From Candidatus Bathyarchaeota archaeon (GTDB lineage Archaea; Thermoproteota; Bathyarchaeia; Bathyarchaeales; Bathycorpusculaceae), in assembly GCA_012515445.1 (NCBI GenBank), contig JAAYYI010000033.1:10-64009 (forward strand): DNA of 64,000 nt, in the 5' to 3' direction. The notes under the pieces were generated by a model that was not told the DNA's origin, did no database searches, and saw nothing but the letters and a program-made list of their open reading frames with translations. Shown one piece after another: positions 35,358-43,437 of the stretch (positions are counted from its first letter, which is position 1; the number at the start of each line of letters is the position of its first letter). The translations under genes were made by a program, and so were the position numbers.

Positions 35358-36437
35358 CTATCCTAATCTCCCTATGTTTATTCCACGTACCTTTTTCCTG
35401 AACTCGCTACTTTCCTTGATGAGTGAACCCATATTTTTGGATGTTACTATTTGAACCTTCGGCAAGCAGTCAGGGTAAAGCGTGGTTAATTCTGCCAGTA
35501 TGGCTGGGTCTACGTCTGCTTTTTTGAGTGCCTCTATGCTCCAGTTTTCGATTGCTTTGATAGCGGCTTGTTTGCCGTGCTTGCAGAAGATGTCGGCTAA
35601 AGTGGCGGTTATGAGGTTGCTCTCGGATTGCACCGCGACTTCGGCTGCCTTGATTGCGTAGCTGTTGCCGTTGAATGAAACGGATAAACCGCCTTTGTTT
35701 CGTACTAGCTGGAATGCTTCGACGTCGGTTATGCTATCGCCAACGTACATGGCATTCTCAAATTTGGCGCCAAGCTTTTTGGCGGCGTCGCGGATGGATT
35801 CAGCTTTCTGCTCCCCGCCGACCGTAACTACATCAGTCAACAGTTTCCCGACTGTCATCTTGGGGATTTCTGACCAGAAAATCTCATCTAAGCGCTGCAG
35901 TAGCGTCTGGTCGCAGTCACAAAAGTTCTCTATACTGTTTATGCCTGAGATGTCGATTGTGCGCATGTGGGCGATTTCCTGCGCCATTTCTCTAAGCGTT
36001 TCTTTCTCGTCTACCGTTATGGGGGCTTGGTCGAGGCTTAACCGAGTGCAGTAAGTATTCTGGAATGGGAAATCGGTTGCCTTGCACAGCGAGCGGATGT
36101 AGTGCTCGTAGCTTGTGCTCACAATGTATGAATCGGCGAGGCGCTGGACATGGGCAAGTGTGGTTTTGGTGTCTTTAATTAATACGATGTTTTGCTGGCT
36201 GAACTCTTCCATCTGGCGGTCGGTTACGCCGTAAGCTTTGAAGAAGGGCAGAATCAGCTTTAGTGTGGTGCCTGCAGTGTAGCCCGGTTTTTGAACAATA
36301 TCGGCGAGGACGTCGTCGTATTTGCTGATATTGGCAAAAAGCCGGTCGCCGCTCGGGATGAAATGTTCGGCTAACTCGAACGCATTATCGTTTTTGCTAA
36401 TTGGGCCTTCGCAGTCGGAGATGAAGAGGCGCTTCAA
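35358..36437 (-). CDS. HAD-superfamily-like protein (EhaR-like family)
   Basis: 359-aa ORF. N-terminal FISDCEGPISKNDNAFE and the late YVGDSITD motif resemble proteins annotated as energy-converting hydrogenase A subunit R. This assignment is from memory. Confidence 0.4.
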   Translation of the reverse strand: MKRLFISDCEGPISKNDNAFELAEHFIPSGDRLFANISKYDDVLADIVQKPGYTAGTTLKLILPFFKAYGVTDRQMEEFSQQNIVLIKDTKTTLAHVQRLADSYIVSTSYEHYIRSLCKATDFPFQNTYCTRLSLDQAPITVDEKETLREMAQEIAHMRTIDISGINSIENFCDCDQTLLQRLDEIFWSEIPKMTVGKLLTDVVTVGGEQKAESIRDAAKKLGAKFENAMYVGDSITDVEAFQLVRNKGGLSVSFNGNSYAIKAAEVAVQSESNLITATLADIFCKHGKQAAIKAIENWSIEALKKADVDPAILAELTTLYPDCLPKVQIVTSKNMGSLIKESSEFRKKVRGINIGRLG

Positions 36438-37849
36438 GCCTTCCTCAGCTGCTCCATCTTCTTGATGCTTTTTGCGATGTGATCTTTGGCTGCGACGTCG
36501 GTGCGGTTCCAGAGTGCTCCGCCGGTGATGGCTTTGGCGCCTTCTTGGCTGATGGTGCGGGCTTCCTCTATGTCTTTGCCGATTCCGAGGATACCGATAA
36601 CACGGGATTTCAATGCGTAATTCTTGCCGTCTCTTAGCTCCATTGATCCGGGGTAGATGCGGATTTTATCGCCGTACTTCTTGCTGAGTGCTTCTGCTTT
36701 GGAGAGGTCAACTGGGCCGCCGACTGCTGCTCTGTCCAGCTTGCCTGCGTGGACTTTGCTGTATCCGCCATAATCAGGCGGCACTTTGTAGGTTAAAACT
36801 GTGGCTGACTTGTGCATTTCGACGCTTGTTAGGTTGCCGTCAATCATTCTTAGGCATACGTCTGCGAAGTCGTCTTTGATTACTGGGAGAAGGTTCATGA
36901 TTTCCGGGTCGCCGGGTCGGCTGTTAATCTCCAAAATTTTGATGCCTTTGCCTGTATGCATAAACGCGAGGTATAGTGGGACTCCGCGCAATGCGGTGTC
37001 ATCGGGGATTTTTTTGCGCCAGCCCTTGAAGACCTTCTCTGCTAATGCAAGTTCGGCTTCTCGGTCGGCTGCTGTAAGGAAGGGTAAGTAATCTTTGGCG
37101 TCTTTGTAGGAGCCCATGCCGCCGGTGTTTGGTCCGCGGTCGTCGTCGAATGCGCGTTTGTAGTCGCGAGTGTCGGGGGGCGGGATGAAGTGTTTACCGT
37201 CGCAGAACCCCATGCAGCTTGATTCTTCGCCGGGCACTTTTTCCTCGAGGATAACTGCGCCGTATTTGAAGTTGGATAAGAAGTGTTCCCAGAGTTGCTC
37301 TCGGGTGGTGAAGTGGTCGCCCCAGACGCCCACGCCTTTTCCCAGCGCGGGTTTATCGGGTTTAACTGCCACTTGGTTATCGAGCTCATCTAGCCACCTG
37401 TAAACTGCAGATTTAGCTTCAGCTTCAGACTTGTACTGGGCTGGGTCGAAAACTTTGAATCTTGGATTAGCCTCGGGTGCGATTTCCTCGAAAAGTAGGC
37501 GCTGGGCTACTTTGCTCTCTTCAATTGCATAGGCTTTTTTGGGGCAGATGACTGGTATGCCGACTTTGGCTTCGATCAAGTCTCGGATGCCCTTAATGAT
37601 GGGGTTCTCGGATCCTACAAGCACGAAGTCGAGATCGGTTTTATTGGCTTCGGCGAAGCGGCAGATTTCGTTAACGTCTAAGCTTGGAATAACCGCGTGT
37701 TTTGCGGCATGTTTGGCGTTGTAGGGGTTGCATTGCTTGTCAGCGACGTAGAGTTGCACGTTGTGGTTTTTGCTTCTAAGAAGAGTGTCAGCCATAGCGA
37801 CTTCTCGTGCGCCGTAAGAAACCAGTAGTACTCCCAGTTTATCCATCAA
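36434..37849 (-). CDS. purD: Phosphoribosylamine--glycine ligase (GAR synthetase), long archaeal form
   Basis: 471-aa ORF with ATP-grasp layout and PurD-like motifs (GPNTGGMGSY, EINSRPGDPE). It sits between purF and the HAD-like gene, with a 4-nt overlap. Confidence 0.85.
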   Translation of the reverse strand: MMDKLGVLLVSYGAREVAMADTLLRSKNHNVQLYVADKQCNPYNAKHAAKHAVIPSLDVNEICRFAEANKTDLDFVLVGSENPIIKGIRDLIEAKVGIPVICPKKAYAIEESKVAQRLLFEEIAPEANPRFKVFDPAQYKSEAEAKSAVYRWLDELDNQVAVKPDKPALGKGVGVWGDHFTTREQLWEHFLSNFKYGAVILEEKVPGEESSCMGFCDGKHFIPPPDTRDYKRAFDDDRGPNTGGMGSYKDAKDYLPFLTAADREAELALAEKVFKGWRKKIPDDTALRGVPLYLAFMHTGKGIKILEINSRPGDPEIMNLLPVIKDDFADVCLRMIDGNLTSVEMHKSATVLTYKVPPDYGGYSKVHAGKLDRAAVGGPVDLSKAEALSKKYGDKIRIYPGSMELRDGKNYALKSRVIGILGIGKDIEEARTISQEGAKAITGGALWNRTDVAAKDHIAKSIKKMEQLRKA

Positions 37850-37902
37850 AGATTCACCGAATTATTAGCTGCTGTATTTTGCGTTATGTAGCTTAATAGC
37901 GG

Positions 37903-39384
37903 TTACGGCTGAATCTCTTCGTTCTCGTAGATTCTGCCTTTCTCCTCATATCCTTGCTGGAAGCGCCGCTTCATTGCGTCAGCGATTTTCTGTGCACAGG
38001 GTGTCGGGTACTTGCCGGTTATGCAGGCCAAGCAGAGTTCATCCGTTTTTTTGCCTGTAGCCTCTACTAGAGCTTCGATTGACTGGTAGCAGACACCGTC
38101 GGCACCGATGATTTTTGCGATTTCCTCTGCGTTGTGGCGTGAACCGACGAGTTGGCCGTAGCTGGACATGTCGATGCCGTAGAAGCATGGGCCGATGATA
38201 CGTGGGAAAGTCACGAACACGTAAACTTTCTTCGCGCCTGCCTGACGCATCTTTTCGATGATTACTTTGGTTGTGTCTCCGCGGACGATACTGTCCTCGG
38301 TTATGATGACGCTTTTACCTGCGACTTTGGAGCCTAAAATGTTGATTTTTTTGTCGATGGTTGAGTAGCGTTCAGCGTTTAGCAGGATAAACGCGCGTTC
38401 AGTTACATAGCGGTGGCGCCTTGAGCAGCGTTCCCAGCGGAGTCCTGAAGCTTCATGCACGCCCATCGCGGAGTCGTCGCCTGTTTCGGGAACCGACATG
38501 ATTATGTCGCATTCCTTAACGACGTCTTGGTACTCTTTCACTGTGTTGCGCCCGAATTGCTCACGTATTTCATAGACGTATTTGCCGTTGAAAATAGAGT
38601 CGGGACGTGCAAAATATGCGAATTCAAACGCGCAGAAAGCGTGTTTGGGGTTTTCGATTACTTGGATTCGTTTAAAGCCGTCTTTGGTTGCGATAGCGAG
38701 TTCGCCGGGGTTTAACTCGAAATCCCGTACAAAGCTGTTCATGTCCAAGCTGACGGTTTCAGAGGAAAACGCTAAAGTTTTAGTGTTGGGGTCATGTCCG
38801 GCACACAGCGGTTTAATGCCGTGCGGGTCTTTGAAGGCAAAGAATTCTCCGTTTCCGGTTATGCCTGTGACGCTGAATGCTCCGTCGAGGCTTTCCATGA
38901 CTCCTTTTGCCGCGGCCACTATGTCTTTGCTCTGCTTGTAGCCAAGCAGGAACTTGTGACAAACGAGGTCTGAGTCGCAGTTGTAAATGAAATCCTTAAA
39001 GTTGTCTTCCATCTCTTTTTTGAGTGGCTGAGTGTTAACGATGTTGCCGTTGAATGATAGTGCTACGGTTACTCCGCCCATTGAGGCGGTAAAAGGCTGG
39101 GTTCCTTGAACGATGGATACGTCGTCGCATTTTCCTGATGTAGTGTAGCGGACGTTTCCGATGCCGACTGAGCCTGGGAGCCTAGCGAACCATTCGTTGA
39201 TTGCGTTGCCCTTGACTTTCGGTACTAGGTCCAGGTTCTTGTATGAGAAGAATTGTCCATTATGGAATGTGAGGAAGCCATGTGATTGGTGGCCTCGGTG
39301 ATTCTGAGCTCTTAGTCCCCAGTAAACATAGGGGAAAACTGGTTGATTTTCGAAGTTTATTGCTCCAAATATGCCGCAGCCCGT
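37903..39384 (-). CDS. purF: Amidophosphoribosyltransferase (start proposed at ACG, plus-strand 39382-39384; first ATG is 39081)
   Basis: Upstream of the first ATG the open frame encodes GCGIFGA (the Ntn Cys nucleophile), LRAQNHRGHQSHGF and GIGNVRYTTSG. The PRTase motif VIITEDSIVRGDT lies downstream. Confidence 0.9.
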   Translation of the reverse strand, partial: TGCGIFGAINFENQPVFPYVYWGLRAQNHRGHQSHGFLTFHNGQFFSYKNLDLVPKVKGNAINEWFARLPGSVGIGNVRYTTSGKCDDVSIVQGTQPFTASMGGVTVALSFNGNIVNTQPLKKEMEDNFKDFIYNCDSDLVCHKFLLGYKQSKDIVAAAKGVMESLDGAFSVTGITGNGEFFAFKDPHGIKPLCAGHDPNTKTLAFSSETVSLDMNSFVRDFELNPGELAIATKDGFKRIQVIENPKHAFCAFEFAYFARPDSIFNGKYVYEIREQFGRNTVKEYQDVVKECDIIMSVPETGDDSAMGVHEASGLRWERCSRRHRYVTERAFILLNAERYSTIDKKINILGSKVAGKSVIITEDSIVRGDTTKVIIEKMRQAGAKKVYVFVTFPRIIGPCFYGIDMSSYGQLVGSRHNAEEIAKIIGADGVCYQSIEALVEATGKKTDELCLACITGKYPTPCAQKIADAMKRRFQQGYEEKGRIYENEEIQP

Positions 39385-39590
39385 GTTCTGGTCCCTTCTA
39401 GCCTTGAATGCAACAGTAGTAAAAGAGGAGGTTTATCAGCTTTTAGTACAAATTTAACTATAAGTCATGGTTTTTTTAACAGCAATCAGACTTACCTGAC
39501 TAAATTCGGGCGACGAGATATTTCCTTATTAGACGATAAGTGGCAACAATTCATTATTTTCTGGTTTCGAAGTTTACTATAGCTTCTGCT

Positions 39591-39624
39591 GCTCTCAAGC
39601 GACCCCCTCCCTTATTTAAAGCGG
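39591..39624. repeat. Mosaic repeat, short copy F (C-rich/TATA-like module)
   Basis: GCTCTCAAGCGACCCCCTCCCTTATTTAAAGCGG lies in the divergent purF / TIR-like gene region, about 55 nt upstream of ATG 39679. Confidence 0.6.
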
Positions 39625-39678
39625 CAGAACTTGCACAACATTTTACTGCATTAACCACGACATAGGTCACTGAGCATT

Positions 39679-40512
39679 ATGCAGACGCCCAAATACCACA
39701 TTTACCTCGCATACGCCGAAGCAGACAAATCCGGCTTCCGATTCAACATCACACAAGAAGAGCTGCAGCGCACCTTCGCCGAACCCATCAACGAGGGCAA
39801 ACAATTCTGGTTCTTGGGCAGACTCCTAAATCCCATGAAAATCGCCAAGGTCCTAATTTTTTGGTCCTATGAGGAAGCGAACATGCTTGACTTGCCCAGC
39901 AACGAAAGCATCGTCGTCGAGAAGGACAAAAAATACGTGGTTGAATCCATAGAGAGGGGCAAAGTTAAAGGCGCCTATTTGTGCACGGACAAATTCTTGG
40001 CTAAACCCCAAACTGTGGCAGCGCCTACAGGGGCAACTTTTTCTGGTAAGCGTCGTGTTCTAATCGTCTCCGGCACCGACGATGCCATGAAGCAGAAGCT
40101 GACAAAAGCGCTGGGCAAACTCCTGCTTGTGCCGGTGGTGCTGTGCGAGGAGCCGGGGCATGGTAGAAAAATTGTGGAGCGCTTCACCGCCGCATACGCC
40201 GACGTTGGCCTAGCAGTGGTGCTGCTGTCACCAGACGACTACGTCTACGCCAAAAGTGAGCAACCGACCAAACGAAAACTAAAACCCCGCCAGGACGTCG
40301 TATTTGAACTTGGCTACCTGCTCGGTAAACTGGGCAAAGAAAAGGTGCTGGTTCTCTATAGGGAGTCGGAGAAAGGCGAGTTCGAAGTTAACACTGACTT
40401 CGAGGGCGTAACCTCCGCGCCGTTCGACAGGCTTGACAGCTGGAAACTGGCGCTTCTGCGCGGGCTACTCGGCAACGGCTACCAAGTTGAGGGCGACAGA
40501 ATCCTAAAATAA
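39679..40512 (+). CDS. Two-domain protein: unknown N-terminal domain + TIR-like nucleotide-binding domain (Cap12/PycTIR-type, PF10137-like)
   Basis: 277-aa ORF. The C-terminal half has RVLIVSGTDD, VVLLSPDD and RQDVVFELGYLLGKLGKEKVLVL, matching the recalled signature of the TIR-like family. Confidence 0.65.
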   Translation: MQTPKYHIYLAYAEADKSGFRFNITQEELQRTFAEPINEGKQFWFLGRLLNPMKIAKVLIFWSYEEANMLDLPSNESIVVEKDKKYVVESIERGKVKGAYLCTDKFLAKPQTVAAPTGATFSGKRRVLIVSGTDDAMKQKLTKALGKLLLVPVVLCEEPGHGRKIVERFTAAYADVGLAVVLLSPDDYVYAKSEQPTKRKLKPRQDVVFELGYLLGKLGKEKVLVLYRESEKGEFEVNTDFEGVTSAPFDRLDSWKLALLRGLLGNGYQVEGDRILK

Positions 40513-40538
40513 CCCCTGACGGTTTCAGATAGCAGCGC

Positions 40539-40614
40539 GCGGTTGTAGTCTAGCTCGGTAGGACTCCAGCTTCCCAAGCTGGCTACCCGGGTTCAAATCC
40601 CGGCAACCGCACCA
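40539..40614 (+). tRNA. tRNA-Gly (anticodon CCC), CCA encoded
   Basis: A cloverleaf was folded by hand. The acceptor stem is GCGGTTG/CAACCGC and the D stem GTCT/GGAC. The anticodon stem CCAGC/GCTGG carries loop TTCCCAA, and the T stem CCGGG/CCCGG carries loop TTCAAAT. Discriminator A is followed by CCA. Confidence 0.9.
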
Positions 40615-40763
40615 AATTATACATTAAATGCGTAGTTCTGCATTTTACTAACGCACACTTTTCAAGTGATGTCCAACCCGCAACTGATTCTTGCTCGTTA
40701 TGGATGCTTTTATATTTCGTGCTGGAGCTAATTCGGTTAATAGACATTCGGGAGAGACTATGG

Positions 40764-42080
40764 TTGAATAAAACAGCAAAAACACTTTCAATTCTTGTAA
40801 TCAGCGTCTTATGCCTGTCCATCTTCACCTCATCCGCAGCGGCGGGAACCACGGGGTTATGGATATACGGCGGAGACAAATACGACATGGCAATCGCCAA
40901 CATGGCCACCATGGATGGCAGCCACGTACTAGTAGGCTGCACACAATCCTACGGTTCATTAGCCGACGACCTATGGCTTTTCAAAGTAGCAGGCGACGGC
41001 TCTACAACATGGAGCAAGCACTACGGTGGTGAAGGCAACGAATCTGGCTTTAATGTTATCACAACAGTCGACGGTGGATATGCAGTAATCGGCGCCACAA
41101 CCTCATATGGTGCAGGCGAAGAAGACATCTGGCTGGTTAAAACAGACTCGGAGGGCAATATGCAGTGGAACCAAACCTACGGCGGCTTATACGACGACGA
41201 AGGCTGGATGCTAATCCAAACCAGCGACGGCGGCTACCTCATCACAGGCTTAATCTGCACTTCTGAAGGCATAGGGGACGGTTGCCTAATAAAAACAGAC
41301 TCATCCGGCAATCTGGAATGGCAGAAAACCTACGGTGGAGCAGGCGACGAAGGCTTTTACGGCATAACCAAATCCTCCGAAGGCGGCTACATCCTAGCTG
41401 GATACACAAATTCAACTGGCGCTGGCAAGTGCGACGTTTGGCTAGTAAAGGTAAGTGCCTCAGGTACCGAGCAGTGGGCTAAAACCTACGGCGGCTCAGA
41501 AGACGATTACGGGTATATCGCTTTTGAAACCGAAACAGACTTCGTCGTTGACTGCACAACCTACTCTTACGGCGCAGGCGAAGCAGATGTTTGGCTGCTT
41601 AAAGTCGACGCTATGGGCGGTTTAATGTGGAACTACACCTATGGTGGACCAGAAGACGACCATGGCTGGTACGGCGCAAAAACCACCGACGGCTTCGCAC
41701 TTGGCGGCTACACCTACTCTTATGGGGTAAACGGTAACGCTGCTGCTTGGCTCATAAAAGTAGACATAAACGGCATGACTATGTGGAACCAAACCTATGG
41801 GTCAGCAGCCAAAGACTTCTACGGTTGGGCGGTAACGCAGACAAGCGACGGTGGCTATGCAATTTCCGGCGAAGTATTACCAGTAGATGTCGATACATGC
41901 GACGCTTTCCTAGTCATCACCGACGAGAACGGCGATGCATTGATTCCTGAAGACACCGCCAATACCGAGCTTATCCCACTATGGGCTGTCGGCGCGATCG
42001 TTGCGGTTATAATCGTTGTTTTGCTGGTTGTTGTTCTGCTTATGCGGCGAAAACCCAAGCAGCCGCAACCAACACAATAA
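40764..42080 (+). CDS. Secreted 7-repeat (beta-propeller-like) surface protein with C-terminal TM anchor
   Basis: A TTG 40764 start gives the signal peptide MNKTAKTLSILVISVLCLSIFTSSAAA. There are seven repeats of about 50 aa (W.KTYGG..D.G....T.DGGY...G.T.S.G.G..D.WL.K.D..G...W). The C-terminus is a TM helix plus RRKPKQ. Confidence 0.6.
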   Translation: MNKTAKTLSILVISVLCLSIFTSSAAAGTTGLWIYGGDKYDMAIANMATMDGSHVLVGCTQSYGSLADDLWLFKVAGDGSTTWSKHYGGEGNESGFNVITTVDGGYAVIGATTSYGAGEEDIWLVKTDSEGNMQWNQTYGGLYDDEGWMLIQTSDGGYLITGLICTSEGIGDGCLIKTDSSGNLEWQKTYGGAGDEGFYGITKSSEGGYILAGYTNSTGAGKCDVWLVKVSASGTEQWAKTYGGSEDDYGYIAFETETDFVVDCTTYSYGAGEADVWLLKVDAMGGLMWNYTYGGPEDDHGWYGAKTTDGFALGGYTYSYGVNGNAAAWLIKVDINGMTMWNQTYGSAAKDFYGWAVTQTSDGGYAISGEVLPVDVDTCDAFLVITDENGDALIPEDTANTELIPLWAVGAIVAVIIVVLLVVVLLMRRKPKQPQPTQ

Positions 42081-42192
42081 CCACCTTTTCTTTTTATTAT
42101 TTTTTTTGTTTTACAATTAGATCGCTTGCTGGGTTCATGCCGGCAAGGGTTAAATCCAGCATTCTGCATCGGGTTATACGAGGCTCCAAAAA

Positions 42193-42852
42193 ATGAAGTG
42201 TCTAATCCCAATAGTAGCAATCGCAGTATGCTGCCTCTTTATCGGCGGCTTAATCTTAGTAATTGAACTCAACCAGCCCACAGGCGAAAACGCGAACGCT
42301 AACTCAAACGGCGACAACCCCGTTTTAGGCTCAGTGGGCTCACCCAATTCGCCCATCGTCGGTTCGCCGGCGTATTCAAGCGGCAACATACAAGTATTTC
42401 TAAAAGTCGACGGCGTCACAGGAGAATCCACCGACGCAAAACATCTCGGCTGGGTCGAAGCAACCGCCTATAACTGGACAGTTACCGTTCCACAATCCAG
42501 CAGCGGCAGACCAATCGGGTCACCATATCCCAGTAACTTCATTGTAGTAGCGGAAACCAGCAAAGCTTCCCCTGTCCTATTCCGAGATTGTGTAATGGGC
42601 AAACAATTAACCGTAACAATCGCGGTTCAATCCACCGACGGCAACGGCAAAGCAGTGGATATATGCACTTGGAGACTCGGCAATGTCATCATGAGTTCGT
42701 ATAATACCAACACAGGTCTCGACGGAGGCAGCCGCGTCTACGACGTATATGGCTTTATGCCAGGCAAGGTTGAGGTGACGGTGCAACAAATCAACGCTGA
42801 TGGCAGCTTAGGGTCACCGACTTCAGCAGAATGGGAATACGTTTCAAGGTAA
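42193..42852 (+). CDS. Membrane-anchored Hcp-like protein (type VI secretion tube protein family fold)
   Basis: 219-aa ORF with an N-terminal TM helix and a low-complexity linker. About 150 aa are then collinear with recalled Hcp1. VFLKVDGVTGESTDAKHLGWVEATAYNW matches MFIKIGDVKGESKDKTHAEEIDVLAWSW, and TSKASPVLFRDCVMGKQL matches IDKSTPNLMMACSSGKHY. Confidence 0.7.
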   Translation: MKCLIPIVAIAVCCLFIGGLILVIELNQPTGENANANSNGDNPVLGSVGSPNSPIVGSPAYSSGNIQVFLKVDGVTGESTDAKHLGWVEATAYNWTVTVPQSSSGRPIGSPYPSNFIVVAETSKASPVLFRDCVMGKQLTVTIAVQSTDGNGKAVDICTWRLGNVIMSSYNTNTGLDGGSRVYDVYGFMPGKVEVTVQQINADGSLGSPTSAEWEYVSR

Positions 42853-42875
42853 AGCTTGAACTTCCTCTCTTCTTT

Positions 42876-43094
42876 TTACTTCTGTTTTTCTCCGCATTCA
42901 GGGCAGAAATGCGCTTTCTCCGTAATTCGGCTGTAGCAGTTGGGGCAGATTTTCAGGACAATTGGCTGGGGTTTTAGCGATGCCCCGCAGAAGTTGCAGA
43001 AATTCGAGCGCGCGATGACTTGTGAGCTGCATCTTGGGCACGTTATGTAGCTGTTTACGTCTGGAACAGGGATCATTATAGCCGTAGAGAGCAT
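42876..43094 (-). CDS. Double zinc-ribbon protein
   Basis: 72-aa ORF with four CxxC pairs: CPRC..CNFC..CPNC..CPEC. Confidence 0.6.
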   Translation of the reverse strand: MLSTAIMIPVPDVNSYITCPRCSSQVIARSNFCNFCGASLKPQPIVLKICPNCYSRITEKAHFCPECGEKQK

Positions 43095-43196
43095 AAATCA
43101 CATCATAGTAGTATTGGCGGTTCCTGCTCTTATTATTGTTCATGGTATCCATCAGTCACACACCGTTATTAGCACAAGACGCCCCAGTTTTTGTAG

Positions 43197-43433
43197 ATGA
43201 AGTTTATGGGTAATAAAGTTCCCGACAGCGAAGAAAACGCCAATCGGTGCCTCTGCCCTACATGCCCAACATACAAGAAATCGCAGTTAAGTGGCACATT
43301 GTTCTGCGGTCGCGGTAAAGCACAGCAGAAACCCATCCAAACCGGATGCTTATGCCCAAACTGCCCCGTTTGGAAGCAGTACTCGCTGGACAGCATGTAC
43401 TACTGCGCCATGGGCAAATCAGAGGAACTATAA
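43197..43433 (+). CDS. Small Cys-rich protein (DUF2769-like)
   Basis: 78-aa ORF with the duplicated motif CLCPTCP...FC / CLCPNCP...YC. Confidence 0.5.
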   Translation: MKFMGNKVPDSEENANRCLCPTCPTYKKSQLSGTLFCGRGKAQQKPIQTGCLCPNCPVWKQYSLDSMYYCAMGKSEEL

Positions 43434-43437
43434 ACGG

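Noticed and set aside
40583-40942. 119-aa minus-strand ORF
   Set aside because: It overlaps the tRNA-Gly gene and the 5' end of the 7-repeat protein gene, and has no motif.
43277-43291. 15-nt identity (GAAATCGCAGTTAAG) between the DUF2769-like ORF and repeat copy D (63314-63328)
   Set aside because: A handful of 15-mer coincidences are expected by chance in a 64-kb window on both strands. No flanking similarity.
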